NCBI GenBank assembly: GCA_965215505.1
Contig: OZ244065.1
Span: forward strand, 192,001 to 256,000
Source of the DNA: Capsulimonadaceae bacterium
Lineage (GTDB): Bacteria; Armatimonadota; Armatimonadia; Armatimonadales; Capsulimonadaceae
Length of the DNA stretch: 64,000 nt
Direction: 5' to 3'
This document shows positions 35,763-45,562 of this stretch, in pieces (position 1 is the first letter of the stretch; the number at the start of each line of letters is the position of its first letter). The notes under the pieces are model-generated. The model saw nothing but the letters and a program-made list of their open reading frames with translations. It did not search any database and was not told where the DNA came from. The position numbers were made by a program, and so were the translations under genes.

Positions 35763-36533
35763 ATGGAAACGACGCTGAAAGACAGGCTCGACGGGGCTGG
35801 GGTGGACACCTCCACGCTGTCCGTGTTCTGGGAGGGCGGACCGGAGCACATTCACACGCTGACCGTCCCCGGTGCCGAGGCCATCGCGCGCTGGCGGACA
35901 CTGCGCGCGCTCGTGCCGCAGACGGGCCATTGGCCGGTGCTGATCGGCGACGGGAGGGAGGTCGAAAGAGTCCGGGAAGCATGGGAATACTCGGACGCCA
36001 CAAGCCCGACGGAAACCATCCGGCAGGGATCGGCGCTGGCCCCCCAGGCGCTGCTGGGGCGGTGGCGGACGGCGTCCGCTAAAATCTACCCGCCGGGGGG
36101 CGGGGAAGCCCGGCACGGGGAGTGGCCGGAGGAAGAAGAGGCGGACGGTGAGGAGAGGTTCTCGATCCCCCATGACATCCTCACCGGTGCCTTCCATGAC
36201 GCCGTGACACTGGCTCTGGTTCCGGCAAAGGAGTCCTGGGAGGTCCCAGCCTTTCTGCGCTTTGGCGGATGGAACGACTGCCCCGAACCGGAGGAACACG
36301 TCTGCATGCTGAAGCATTGGCATGGGGCTTATGGCGCGGAAGTGGTCGGCATCAGCGGCGACGTCATCGAGATGTGGGTCGCGCAGCCGCCGGCGTCACG
36401 CGACGCGGCCCTGGCAGTGGCCTCGGAACAATACTCCTACTGCCCTGACATCGTTGATCAAGGCACGGAGACACTGGAGGGTCTGGCCGCCACCCTGCTC
36501 GACGGACCCACCTGGTATTTCTGGTGGGACTAG
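35763..36533 (+). CDS. DUF4253 domain protein
   Basis: FGGWNDCP, WHGAYGA, EQYSYCPDIVDQG, terminal WYFWWD*. Confidence 0.88.
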   Translation: METTLKDRLDGAGVDTSTLSVFWEGGPEHIHTLTVPGAEAIARWRTLRALVPQTGHWPVLIGDGREVERVREAWEYSDATSPTETIRQGSALAPQALLGRWRTASAKIYPPGGGEARHGEWPEEEEADGEERFSIPHDILTGAFHDAVTLALVPAKESWEVPAFLRFGGWNDCPEPEEHVCMLKHWHGAYGAEVVGISGDVIEMWVAQPPASRDAALAVASEQYSYCPDIVDQGTETLEGLAATLLDGPTWYFWWD

Positions 36534-37387
36534 GCCGCTGCCGGGGCGGGGACGCGCTCCAGGACGCCGTCGCCGAAGACCTCGTACAGTTTCAGGTGCG
36601 GCAGGTGGACGTAGCCGATGTGGCAGCCGCAGGTCTCGTTCGTGCAGGCCCGCGCCCGGAGCGCGTCGGCGAAGTCAGGGTCGTAGAGACTGCCGATCGG
36701 CTCCCGGATGAAGTGGCAGCGGCGCATGGTCCCGTCCCCGTCCACCGAGATGACCGAGTGACCGGCCCGGCAGTCGTGTCCGAGGCTGGCGTGACGCTGC
36801 GTGTTGAGCATGAACAGCGGGTCAACCGCCGTGTAATGGTGCAGCTCTTCGGGCGTGTAATAATCCGGGACGCGCTTGTAGGCGTTGACCCAGACGTAGA
36901 GGTGCGAGGGCAGTTCGCGGCGCAGAGCGGCGATCTCCTCGGCGTGGTCCTTCATGCCGACCGCGCCGACGCTGAAGCGCAGGCCCCGCTTGTCGGCGTC
37001 CAGGCACTTCGCGACGAACCGCGCTCGGTCCACTTGCGTCGGGTGGAAGGTCGCCCACAGGCCCAGCTTGCTCTTGTCGCACTGCTCGGTCCAGTCCAGC
37101 CGGCAGGCCAGGTTGGTCTGGATGGCGGCCTTCTCGATCTGCGGCAGGTTCGTCAGCCGGATCAAGGCCTGCTGGTAGCGCCGTCGCACCAGTGCCTCGC
37201 CCCAAGGGGTGAACAGAACCGAGAGACGGTCGCCGGTGCGCGACTCGACCCACCGGACGAACCGCTCCAGCGCCCGCGCGTCTTCGGCGTGTTCGTCGTC
37301 GGTTTCGGTGTGCTTGGCGAAGGGGCAGTAGTCGCACCCGTAGTTGCAGCTTGAAAGCGGACCCCGGTAGAGGATGGACAGGTTCAT
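36530..37387 (-). CDS. STM4011 family radical SAM protein
   Basis: LYRGPLSSCNYGCDYCPFAK, FTPWGE, CGCHIGYVH. Confidence 0.88.
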   Translation of the reverse strand: MNLSILYRGPLSSCNYGCDYCPFAKHTETDDEHAEDARALERFVRWVESRTGDRLSVLFTPWGEALVRRRYQQALIRLTNLPQIEKAAIQTNLACRLDWTEQCDKSKLGLWATFHPTQVDRARFVAKCLDADKRGLRFSVGAVGMKDHAEEIAALRRELPSHLYVWVNAYKRVPDYYTPEELHHYTAVDPLFMLNTQRHASLGHDCRAGHSVISVDGDGTMRRCHFIREPIGSLYDPDFADALRARACTNETCGCHIGYVHLPHLKLYEVFGDGVLERVPAPAAA

Positions 37388-38712
37388 CGCAGCTCGAACG
37401 CCTCCATCATTTGCTTTGACTGCTCCGAATAGAGCCACGGGCCGAGCGCGTCCGACCGCTCCATCCCCGCCTCCGTCAGCCGCAGCCGGCCGCCGCCTTG
37501 CTCCGCCAACCCTGATGGGGCAAGCCCACCGAGCTGCGGCAGGTCCGCATAAACGTCGCCGCCGAACCGGCGGCGGTAGTCGGCCCCTTCCAGCCCGTCC
37601 GCCTGCAAAAGCATCTGGATGACGTAGCGCCGCCGCTGCTCTTCCGCGTCCAGAACGGCCCCGTAATCCACACGGTCGAACGACGCGGCGGGCCGGCCGA
37701 CATAGTCCGCCAGGATCGCCTTGACGCCCGTCCGGCCCACCGCGTACTCGCCCGAGTAGTGCAGTGCGGCCGTGTAGGAGCGCGCGCCCGCCCCCAGCCC
37801 GACCATGCCGTCGCTCTGGCAGCAGTAGAGCGGCCCTTCACTGCCTGCCGTTTCGGGTGCGCGTGCGCTCCGGAACATCCGCATGGAAACCTGGTCGTAG
37901 CCCGCCGCCCGCAAATAGTCCCGGCCCAAGCGGTACAGCTCCAGCCGCTGGTCGTCCCACGCGCCGCCCACGCGGCCCAGGCCCGTCAGGGGCCGGACGT
38001 AGAGCGGGTACAGGTACACCTCCTCGGGCGTGAACCGCAGGGCGCTTCGGAGTGAGGCGAGCCAGGTTTCCGCCGTCTGCCCCGGCAGGCCGTACATCAG
38101 GTCAATGTTGAGGCTGGGGATGCCCGCCGCGCGAATACGGCCCAAGGCCGCCTCCACCTCCGCCGTCTTCTGGCCGCGCCCGACCGCGCGCACTTCGGCC
38201 TCCACGAAGCTCTGGACGCCGATGCTCACCCGGTCCACGCCCCGCGCGCGCAGGAGTTTCAGCTTGGCCGGCTCGGAGGTGTGCGGGGAAGTTTCAACGG
38301 AGATCGGGATGCATCCCCCGTCCGCCCCGAACAGCTCGGCCGCGATGTCGAACAGCCGGTCCATCCCGGCCAGGTCCAGGTAAGTCGGGGTGCCGCCGCC
38401 GACCGCCATGCGGCCCACCGTCACCGGGCCGAGCGCCTCGCGCACCCGCCGCGCCTGCCGCTCCAGCGCATCCAAATATTGCTGCTCCATGCTGGCGTGC
38501 GGGTTTGCCGTCGTGAACAGGTTGCAGAAGCCGCAGCGCATCTCGCAGAAGGGGACGTGCAGGTACAGGAACAGCGCGTCTTTCCGCTCGCCCGCCCAAA
38601 CGTCCGCCAGCGGGACCGGCGCGGGCAGGGGGCGGTAGGCCGTCTTGTGCGGGTACGAATAGGAGTAGGACGCATAGGGCGTCCCGTGTGTCAGTTGTTC
38701 CAAGGAAGTCAT
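37384..38712 (-). CDS. STM4012 family (HemN-like) radical SAM protein
   Basis: YSYPHKTAYR, HVPFCEMRCGFCNLF, GGGTPT, YPLYVRPLTGL. Confidence 0.88.
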   Translation of the reverse strand: MTSLEQLTHGTPYASYSYSYPHKTAYRPLPAPVPLADVWAGERKDALFLYLHVPFCEMRCGFCNLFTTANPHASMEQQYLDALERQARRVREALGPVTVGRMAVGGGTPTYLDLAGMDRLFDIAAELFGADGGCIPISVETSPHTSEPAKLKLLRARGVDRVSIGVQSFVEAEVRAVGRGQKTAEVEAALGRIRAAGIPSLNIDLMYGLPGQTAETWLASLRSALRFTPEEVYLYPLYVRPLTGLGRVGGAWDDQRLELYRLGRDYLRAAGYDQVSMRMFRSARAPETAGSEGPLYCCQSDGMVGLGAGARSYTAALHYSGEYAVGRTGVKAILADYVGRPAASFDRVDYGAVLDAEEQRRRYVIQMLLQADGLEGADYRRRFGGDVYADLPQLGGLAPSGLAEQGGGRLRLTEAGMERSDALGPWLYSEQSKQMMEAFELR

Positions 38713-39515
38713 AAGGCTCTTTCGGGCAGGATGAACTCGGCATATGGCACCGCCCAGACGACCGGGTGGCCGACGCGGTGGCCGACGTAGCCGCCCTCGC
38801 CGTAGGCGGTGCCGTGGTCGGAGCAGATCACGGTCAGGGCCGGCGCGCGCCGCTGCATCGCCCGGAAGAGCGGCGGCAGGCGGCCGTCAACGTAGGCCAG
38901 CGCGGCGGCCTGCGTCTCCGGCGAGTCGGAAACCGCGCCGGGGACGTAGAAGCAGTTCGGCTGGTGCAGGGCGGAGACGTTCAGGAACAGGAACAGCCGC
39001 CCCGGCGGCAGCCGCTCGATGCTTCGGACCGCCCGCGCCACCTGGTTCTCCGTGGAGCGCGGGTCGGTGACGCCCAGCGTTGGGTCCCAGTGGCTCTCGG
39101 CGAACAGGCCCGGCAGGACGCACCCCAGCGGCGTCTGCTTGTTGAAGAAGCCGACGCCCCCGATGCAGACTGTGTGGTAGCCGCGCCCGGCCAGGCCCGA
39201 AACGATGTCCGCCTCCTCAAAAACGCACGTCGTCGGCGCGGTCGTCTCGCTGCCCCCGAAGGCCGCCGCGAACAGGCGCGGGTGGCGTCCCGGCGCGACC
39301 GGCGTCGGCAAAAAGCCGGCAAAGAAGGCATGATGGGCCGCATAGGTGAAACTGCCCGGCGAGTGACGCTCCTCCCACCGCCCCTCCGGCAGCACGGCGG
39401 CCAAATGCGGCGTCAATCCCTGACTCAGCGCCGCCTCGGCGACGTCAAAGCGCAGCGTGTCCAGCGTGATGAACAGGACGTCATGCGTCCCGATCAGGGC
39501 GTCGGCGTCGAGCAT
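38709..39515 (-). CDS. STM4013 family alkaline phosphatase/sulfatase-like hydrolase
   Basis: ITLDTLRFD, HSPGSFTYAAH, CSDHGTAYGE. Confidence 0.85.
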   Translation of the reverse strand: MLDADALIGTHDVLFITLDTLRFDVAEAALSQGLTPHLAAVLPEGRWEERHSPGSFTYAAHHAFFAGFLPTPVAPGRHPRLFAAAFGGSETTAPTTCVFEEADIVSGLAGRGYHTVCIGGVGFFNKQTPLGCVLPGLFAESHWDPTLGVTDPRSTENQVARAVRSIERLPPGRLFLFLNVSALHQPNCFYVPGAVSDSPETQAAALAYVDGRLPPLFRAMQRRAPALTVICSDHGTAYGEGGYVGHRVGHPVVWAVPYAEFILPERAL

Positions 39516-40654
39516 AGTGTTCTGACCTCCGCCGTGTAGGTGTCGTCGCCGGCATGGAGAACGCGCGGCAGCAGGTCCCCGAAGGCGTTGACCTCTAAGA
39601 CCGCATGGCGGCGGAAGTCGGGCGCGATCAGCAGGTCTAGGCCGGCGTAGTGGCTGCGCGGGAACAGACGCATCGCCCGCTCGCAGGCCGCCATCGCGTC
39701 CGCCCAGGCCGCCTCGCCCATGCGCTCGCGGACCGCGCCCACGTCGCCGCGCTTGTTGAGCAGGTGCAGGTTGGTGATTGGGCTTCGGCTCGTCCGCGCG
39801 ACGACGTGCCGCGCCCGGCCGCCGATGACGACGACCCGCAGGTCAAAGGTCCGATCGGCAAGGCCCGCCTTGGGCAGCCACCGCTCGACGTGGACCCGAT
39901 CTTGGGCCAGCGCGTCAATCAGGGTAGAGATGTCGCCGACGTCCCGGTAGGTGGTCAGGCGGCGCGAGTTGTAGAGGTGCAGCCGGCCATCCGCCGCCGC
40001 CATCTCCACGGTCGTCACGGCCTGATGCCGATGGCCGTCCGTCTGGTAGGCGACCACGCCCGAGGCCGAGGAGCCGTGGGCGGGCTTGACGAAGACCCGG
40101 CGGCATCCCGCTTCGCCCATCTGGGCCATCAGGTCGCTGAACGACCGGACCAAACCGAGCGCCGGTGCGACGGGGATGCCGCCGTCGAAGAGAGTCCGGT
40201 GGCACCGGGGCTTGTCGAACATGGAGGCGATCTCGTCCGGGGCGTTCATGAGGGTGTGTGGTGGGCAGGCCGTGAGCTGTTCCCCGATGGCCGCCAGGGC
40301 GTCCCGGAAGCCGAGATACCACTGCCGGGGGCAGATGATGCGGCCCTTGTCGAAGTGCATCGCCGCGCACTCGCGCCGTGAGAGCCGGTCGTACCCCTCC
40401 CATTCCTCATCGGCGAGGTCTGCGCCCCGCGCCAGCAGCACGCGCTCGACTTCAAAGTCTTTGCCGGGGGACTCGATGCGGACCACACCGCCTGCCGTGA
40501 CTACGCCCTCCAAACGGACGCGCCCGGCCAGCAGATCGCCCCAGGCGACGAGGCGGGCGGGGGGCAGGCCCAGTCCCGCCAGGGCCTCCTGGAAGAAGCC
40601 GACGCGGTTGCTGTCCGGGTTGCCGATCAGAACGGACCCGCCTCCGGCCTTCAC
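39494..40654 (-). CDS. STM4014 family ATP-grasp protein
   Basis: RIESPG, MFDK, FVKPAHGSSASGV, FDLRVVV, TNLHL, EVNAFGDLLP. Confidence 0.85.
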   Translation of the reverse strand: MKAGGGSVLIGNPDSNRVGFFQEALAGLGLPPARLVAWGDLLAGRVRLEGVVTAGGVVRIESPGKDFEVERVLLARGADLADEEWEGYDRLSRRECAAMHFDKGRIICPRQWYLGFRDALAAIGEQLTACPPHTLMNAPDEIASMFDKPRCHRTLFDGGIPVAPALGLVRSFSDLMAQMGEAGCRRVFVKPAHGSSASGVVAYQTDGHRHQAVTTVEMAAADGRLHLYNSRRLTTYRDVGDISTLIDALAQDRVHVERWLPKAGLADRTFDLRVVVIGGRARHVVARTSRSPITNLHLLNKRGDVGAVRERMGEAAWADAMAACERAMRLFPRSHYAGLDLLIAPDFRRHAVLEVNAFGDLLPRVLHAGDDTYTAEVRTLCSTPTP

Positions 40655-41581
40655 CTACTCGCTCACGGCGACGTAGCGCCCATACTGGTCCGCGGTTTCC
40701 CGCTCGTCGGCGTTCACCGCGATGGGGAGGGCCTGGAGCCGGGCCGTCATCTCCTCGGAGCAGTAGTGGTGGTGGATGTCCAGCGCGCCCAGGCCGAGGA
40801 GGAACGGACTTGCGAGCAGAGCTTTGGCCCCCTCATCGCCCAGAGTGCCCAGGGACAGGTCGAGCGTCCGGAGCCGCCGCAGGACCGGCGCGTCGGCGAG
40901 GGCGACGGCGACCGCGTCGGCGAACTCGCTGTCGCACAGGCCGAGGTAGGTCAGGCGGGGGAACAGGTCGCCCGCCAGCACGGGGCGCAGATCGTCCACC
41001 GTCGAGTCCCCGCCGTAGCCCGAGTCCCCGAGCCACAGCTCCAGGTGTTCCAATGCGGGCAGGCGGGCCGTGCCGACCTCGCGCACGACGGCCCCGCTCA
41101 GGCCGCCCGTCTGGATGACCAAAGACTTTAAGCGGCTGTGGCGCGGGACGCCGAGGCTCAGCCCGTTCCCGCCCTTGATCTGGAGGTGTTCCAGCAGGGG
41201 ATACGACTCGAACAGCGGCGAAACGTCGGCCTGGTGTATCCAGGAGATCTCGTTCTCCTCCGAAATGATGTCCCCCAGGAAGAGCGCCGACAGCCGGGGC
41301 ATCCGGTCGCGCGCCGCCACTAAAGCCTCGACGACCGGGGCGGCTTCGGCGTCCGTATCGTCCCCGGCCCAGGAGCCGACGACGAAGGCGGTCACCTCGC
41401 CGGCGCGCGGGTCTTGCAGGAAGTCGCCGAACTTGTCCGTCCAGGTCGTCCCCTCCTCGCCCTCGTCCCAGTCCAGGCCGATGCGGTAGGCGCACTGTCC
41501 GGGGTCGGTGATGCCGCTTTCCGGCTTCCACTCCACGATGGTCTTGCCGGCGAACTCGGTCGGGTGCTCGTACAGGGACAT
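40655..41581 (-). CDS. STM4015 family LRR-like protein
   Basis: LFLGDI..EENEISWI, LEHLELWLG, LDLSLGTLGDEG, terminal YVAVSE*. Confidence 0.85.
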   Translation of the reverse strand: MSLYEHPTEFAGKTIVEWKPESGITDPGQCAYRIGLDWDEGEEGTTWTDKFGDFLQDPRAGEVTAFVVGSWAGDDTDAEAAPVVEALVAARDRMPRLSALFLGDIISEENEISWIHQADVSPLFESYPLLEHLQIKGGNGLSLGVPRHSRLKSLVIQTGGLSGAVVREVGTARLPALEHLELWLGDSGYGGDSTVDDLRPVLAGDLFPRLTYLGLCDSEFADAVAVALADAPVLRRLRTLDLSLGTLGDEGAKALLASPFLLGLGALDIHHHYCSEEMTARLQALPIAVNADERETADQYGRYVAVSE

Positions 41582-41613
41582 GCAGAAACTCCTCTTGGGG
41601 GCAGATGCTTCTA

Positions 41614-42342
41614 TTATATCACGGATAGCAGGCCCGTCAAGACTTCTTCGGCCCTGCCCAGAAACACCTCGTCAAACTCCTCGGAACCCGCCCCGGCCTC
41701 CAGATTGACGAGGGCCGTCCGCGCCCCCGCCTGAGCGGCAATCCGGACGAAAGCGGCGGCGGGCCAGACCGTCCCGGACGTGCCGGCCGCGAGGAACAGG
41801 TCGCACTCCTCTAGGGCCGCCTGCGACCGGATCAGGGCCGCCTCGGGCAGCGTCTCGCCGAACAGCACGACGTCCGGGCGCAGCGAACCGCCGCAGCGCG
41901 GACAGGCGGGGACGGTTTCATACAGGCGATCATCGTCGAACGGCGGCAGGCCGCAGTCTGGGTCCGTACAGCGGGTGCGGAAGGCAGACCCGTGCAGCTC
42001 GGTCACGTCCGGGCTGCCCGCCCGCTGGTGCAGGCCGTCCACGTTCTGCGTCAGCAGCGCCACCGCGCCGGGCCGCGCCTTCTGCAAGGCGGCGATGGCG
42101 GCATGGGCCGCGTTCGGAACCGCGCCGAGGGCGTGGCCCCGGCGCTGGCTGTAAAGGTCCCATAGGGCGGGCAGGCTGCCGGGCAGGAAGCGGGCCTCGA
42201 CGATCCGGGCGATGTCCTCGCGCTCCCACAGCCCGCCCGGCCCGCGATAGGTCGGCAGGCCGGAGCCGACCGAGACGCCCGCGCCGGTGAGGATGACGAT
42301 GCGTTGAGAGGAGTCCAGAGGCAGCGGTTTGAGGGTAGGCAT
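41614..42342 (-). CDS. Sirtuin (NAD-dependent deacylase)
   Basis: TGAGVS..SGLPTYRG, TQNVDGLH, ELHG, Zn-binding cysteines, RPDVVLFGE, GTSG. Confidence 0.9.
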   Translation of the reverse strand: MPTLKPLPLDSSQRIVILTGAGVSVGSGLPTYRGPGGLWEREDIARIVEARFLPGSLPALWDLYSQRRGHALGAVPNAAHAAIAALQKARPGAVALLTQNVDGLHQRAGSPDVTELHGSAFRTRCTDPDCGLPPFDDDRLYETVPACPRCGGSLRPDVVLFGETLPEAALIRSQAALEECDLFLAAGTSGTVWPAAAFVRIAAQAGARTALVNLEAGAGSEEFDEVFLGRAEEVLTGLLSVI

Positions 42343-42347
42343 GGCAG

Positions 42348-43046
42348 TCAGGAGGCGGGGAACAGGAAATAGTAGAGCGTCTTGACCGTGGCGGCGTCCC
42401 GTGCCGACACCTGAACGTCGGCGTTCGGGTCGTGCTGGGCATACATCACGTCGGCGGGATCGGGGCTGTGGCCGCCGACACCGAGCGCGTGGCCGAACTC
42501 GTGGGTGGCGGTGGCGAGCAGCCCCTGCGTCAGCTCGGGAACCGTGATGTCCGGCCAGACATAGACCTGCACGGTGGCAGACTGGAGGACGTTGCCGGCA
42601 CCTGGCACCACCGTCGTTTTACCCGTCTCGGACAGCCCCACCGGGTCCGGGATGGTGACGGTGGAGACGGTGATCTGGGCCTGGCTGGGGTCCGTGACCA
42701 GGGTGAAGCCGGCAGTGCCGCCGGTGGCGGCGGGCCAGCGGCCAAACCCGGTCAGTATCAGGTCGTTGACGTGCGTCGGGCTGCCGCCCTGGGGTGTCAC
42801 CGTCACGTCGTTGGCGAAGTAGACCCGCACCGGCAGGGCGGGCCAGTGGTACAGCGTGATGCTGGAAGCATAGTTCGGGGTGAACTGGCTCAGGTTAGGC
42901 TGATAGGAGCCACCTGCGCCGCCGTCCGACGAACTGCCTCCGCCGCCCCCGCCGCACCCCGCCAGAAGGCCGCTTACGGTAAGCGCGGAGAGGGTTCCGA
43001 GGAACCCGCGCCGCGTTAGGATCACATCGTTGCCGTCACTTGCCAT
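42348..43046 (-). CDS. Matrixin-type zinc metalloprotease, Tat-exported lipoprotein
   Basis: TRRGFL Tat motif, lipobox LAGC, HEFGHALGVGGH, Met-turn DVMY. Confidence 0.85.
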   Translation of the reverse strand: MASDGNDVILTRRGFLGTLSALTVSGLLAGCGGGGGGSSSDGGAGGSYQPNLSQFTPNYASSITLYHWPALPVRVYFANDVTVTPQGGSPTHVNDLILTGFGRWPAATGGTAGFTLVTDPSQAQITVSTVTIPDPVGLSETGKTTVVPGAGNVLQSATVQVYVWPDITVPELTQGLLATATHEFGHALGVGGHSPDPADVMYAQHDPNADVQVSARDAATVKTLYYFLFPAS

Positions 43047-43135
43047 GACTTTGTTTTGCCCGCTTCCGGGCTGCTTGCAAACCGCGAGCGTTCCCAGCCA
43101 TTCGTGGCCGGTGGCTACAGGAGCAACCAAGGGCG

Positions 43136-43236
43136 AGGGCAACCACAGGGGGTTGTCCCTACCGGGACCGGATCGCGTAGGGGCAGGCCCGCGTGCCTGC
43201 CCTCCTCCCTGTGCCTGCCCTCCTCCCCCTGCCTGC
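43136..43236. repeat. Divergent pair of GTAG REP palindromes with tandemly duplicated tail
   Basis: GTAGGGACAACCCCCTGTGGTTGCCCT on the minus strand (43136-43162), GTAGGGGCAGGCCCGCGTGCCTGCCCT (43177-43203), then GTGCCTGCCCTCCTCCC repeated. Confidence 0.7.
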
Positions 43237-43279
43237 GTCCCTCCCCGGAACACCGCCCGCGCGCTTGCTGTTCAAGGAA

Positions 43280-43801
43280 ATGATGCAAAAAGAATTCGTT
43301 AAAGACTCACACTGCTCCTACTGCGGGACCGCATTCCCGGCTGACGCCCCCTGGCCGCGCCGGTGCGCCCGCTGTGGCAATGCCACCTACCGGAACCCGC
43401 TGCCGGTTTCAGTCGTCCTGCTGCCGATAGATGACGGCCTGCTGCTGGTGCGGCGGGTCAACAACCCGCAGGCGGGGAAGCTGGTGCTGCCAGGCGGGTT
43501 TATCGAGGTGGGCGAGACGTGGCAGGAGGCCGGGGCGCGCGAGGTGTTTGAGGAAACCGGGTTTACCGTCGCGCCCGGCGGCATCCGCCTGTTCGACGCC
43601 CTCAGCGCTCCGGACGGGACGCTGCTCGTCTTCGGACTGGCCCCGCCGCAGTCGTCCCGAACCCTGCCGCCGTTCGTGCCTTCAAGCGAGACATCCGAGA
43701 TGACGGTCGCTCGCAGGCCGATGGAATTGGCGTTCTCGACCCACACCGAGGTCGTCGCGCGTTACTGGAAGGAGAGGCTTGAAGATGGCACCAATGTTTG
43801 A
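43280..43801 (+). CDS. NUDIX hydrolase with N-terminal zinc ribbon
   Basis: CSYC..CARC, YRNP, Nudix box GGFIEVGETWQEAGAREVFEETG. Confidence 0.9.
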   Translation: MMQKEFVKDSHCSYCGTAFPADAPWPRRCARCGNATYRNPLPVSVVLLPIDDGLLLVRRVNNPQAGKLVLPGGFIEVGETWQEAGAREVFEETGFTVAPGGIRLFDALSAPDGTLLVFGLAPPQSSRTLPPFVPSSETSEMTVARRPMELAFSTHTEVVARYWKERLEDGTNV

Positions 43802-44261
43802 TGAGAAGGGAGTGGTCGCCGCCTGCGCCCACTGCGGCCAGAAGAATCGCATTCCCTATGACCGCCTGGACCAGACCGGAACCTGCGGCAAATGTCAGGC
43901 CCATCTGCCCGCGCCGAGCGCCCCGCTGGACGTGAGCAGCGCAAGGCAGTGGGACGCGCTGGCGGCGGCCTCGCCGCTGCCGGTCATCGTGGACTTCTGG
44001 GCACCCTGGTGCGAGCCTTGCCGCATGGTCGCGCCGGAACTGGAGAAAGTCGCCGCCGCGAACGCGGGGCGCTGGCTGGTCGTGAAGATCAACACGGAAG
44101 CCTTGCCCGAGCTGGGGGCGCGTTTCGGCATCCGCTCGATCCCGACGATGGCTGTCTTCGCCGAGGGCCGTGAGCTGGCCCGGACATCCGGCGCGCGGCC
44201 CGCCGCCGCGATCGAGGCGTGGGTGCGCGAGAACGTGGGCGCTACAGCCGCCAGGCTATAG
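43785..44261 (+). CDS. Thioredoxin 2-like (TrxC type) protein
   Basis: CAHC...CGKC Zn finger, VDFWAPWCEPC, IRSIPT. Confidence 0.88.
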   Translation: MAPMFDEKGVVAACAHCGQKNRIPYDRLDQTGTCGKCQAHLPAPSAPLDVSSARQWDALAAASPLPVIVDFWAPWCEPCRMVAPELEKVAAANAGRWLVVKINTEALPELGARFGIRSIPTMAVFAEGRELARTSGARPAAAIEAWVRENVGATAARL

Positions 44262-45485
44262 CGCCCCTTCCTCTGCCCTTGCGGGCCGACTCCGTTCTGC
44301 GAGCGGCGGCAGGACCAGGCAGACGAAGACCAGGAGCAGGGCGGCCCCCATCGCCGCCACCGTGACCGCCATGGACTGGGAGCTGTGGCGGTAGAAGGCG
44401 CCGACGCAGTACCCCGACACCCCGCCTAGAATGGTCTGGAAGCCGCCGATGAGTGACGACACGGTGCCCGCCATCTGCGGGAACGGCTCCATCGCCGCCG
44501 CCGTGGCGTGCGGCACGACGACGCCCAGCCCGAACAGGTAGAACATCATCGGCACGATGACGCCCGCCAGGCCGCCCGCCCTCAGCTCGGACGACGCCAG
44601 CAGGCCGGCCGCGCCCAATGCGATGCAGCCGATGCCGGCCCGCAGCAGTGTCTCCGAGGGCAGCCGCGTCACCAGGGCGCGGTTCGCCGTCGCGCCGAGC
44701 AGCAGGGCCGAGGCGGTCAGGGCGAAGAACAGGCCGAACAGGTGCGGGCGGACGCCGAACACGTCTATCAGCACGAACGGCGAGCCGGTGATGTAGGCGA
44801 ACATGCCGCCCGAAGCGAAGCAGACGACGAGCATGTAGCCGACGGAGGCGCGGTGGGAGAGGAACAGGCCGTACTGCGCCCGGAGCGCCTTCAGGGAGAA
44901 CGGTGCGGCCCCATCCGCCCGCGCGGTCGCCGTCAGCGCGCGGCGGCAGACCAGCCAGAGCGCCAGCCCGGCGAGGGCGAGGAACACGAAGATCGCGCGC
45001 CAGCCCACCGCCGTCAGCAGGAACCCGCCCCCCGTCGGCGCGACCATGGGGGCGACGATCATCACCTGCGTGATCTGCGAGAAGACGCCGGTCGCCGCCT
45101 CCCGGTCGAAGCTGTCGCGGACGATGGCCCGGCTCAGGACCGGCCCGACCCCCGCCCCCAGGCCCTGCAAAAAGCGCATCCCGATCAGGCAGGGCAGGGT
45201 GGGGGAGGCGGCGCACCCCGCCCCGGCCAACGTGAACAGGACCAGCCCCGCCAGCAGGACCGGCCGCCGCCCGTGCCGGTCGGACAGCGGCCCGCACACG
45301 AGCTGGCTGCCCGCGTACCCCCACAAAAACAGCGAGAGCGTGAGCTGCGCCCGCCCGGCGTCGCCGCCGCCGCCCCACAGCGCCAGCGTCGGCAGGGTGG
45401 GCAGGCTCATGTCAATGGAGAGGGCGGTCATGGCCGTCATCGCGCCCAGGAGGACGGTGAACCAGCGAGACTTCGGGGAGAGCAT
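44256..45485 (-). CDS. Bcr/CflA family MFS efflux transporter
   Basis: SIDMSLP, GPLSDRHGRRPV, RFLQGLG, about 12 TM segments. Confidence 0.9.
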   Translation of the reverse strand: MLSPKSRWFTVLLGAMTAMTALSIDMSLPTLPTLALWGGGGDAGRAQLTLSLFLWGYAGSQLVCGPLSDRHGRRPVLLAGLVLFTLAGAGCAASPTLPCLIGMRFLQGLGAGVGPVLSRAIVRDSFDREAATGVFSQITQVMIVAPMVAPTGGGFLLTAVGWRAIFVFLALAGLALWLVCRRALTATARADGAAPFSLKALRAQYGLFLSHRASVGYMLVVCFASGGMFAYITGSPFVLIDVFGVRPHLFGLFFALTASALLLGATANRALVTRLPSETLLRAGIGCIALGAAGLLASSELRAGGLAGVIVPMMFYLFGLGVVVPHATAAAMEPFPQMAGTVSSLIGGFQTILGGVSGYCVGAFYRHSSQSMAVTVAAMGAALLLVFVCLVLPPLAERSRPARAEEGAL

Positions 45486-45562
45486 GGACACAAGTTCGAC
45501 GCGGGCCGCCGTTTCTCCTGATTGTTCGCAGGAAAAGGTACACTAGGGGCGGAGGATACGGA

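Noticed and set aside
41614-42342. Sir2 anti-phage NADase (Thoeris/DSR type)
   Set aside because: It is a short canonical CobB-like deacylase with Zn-binding cysteines and no fused defence domains.
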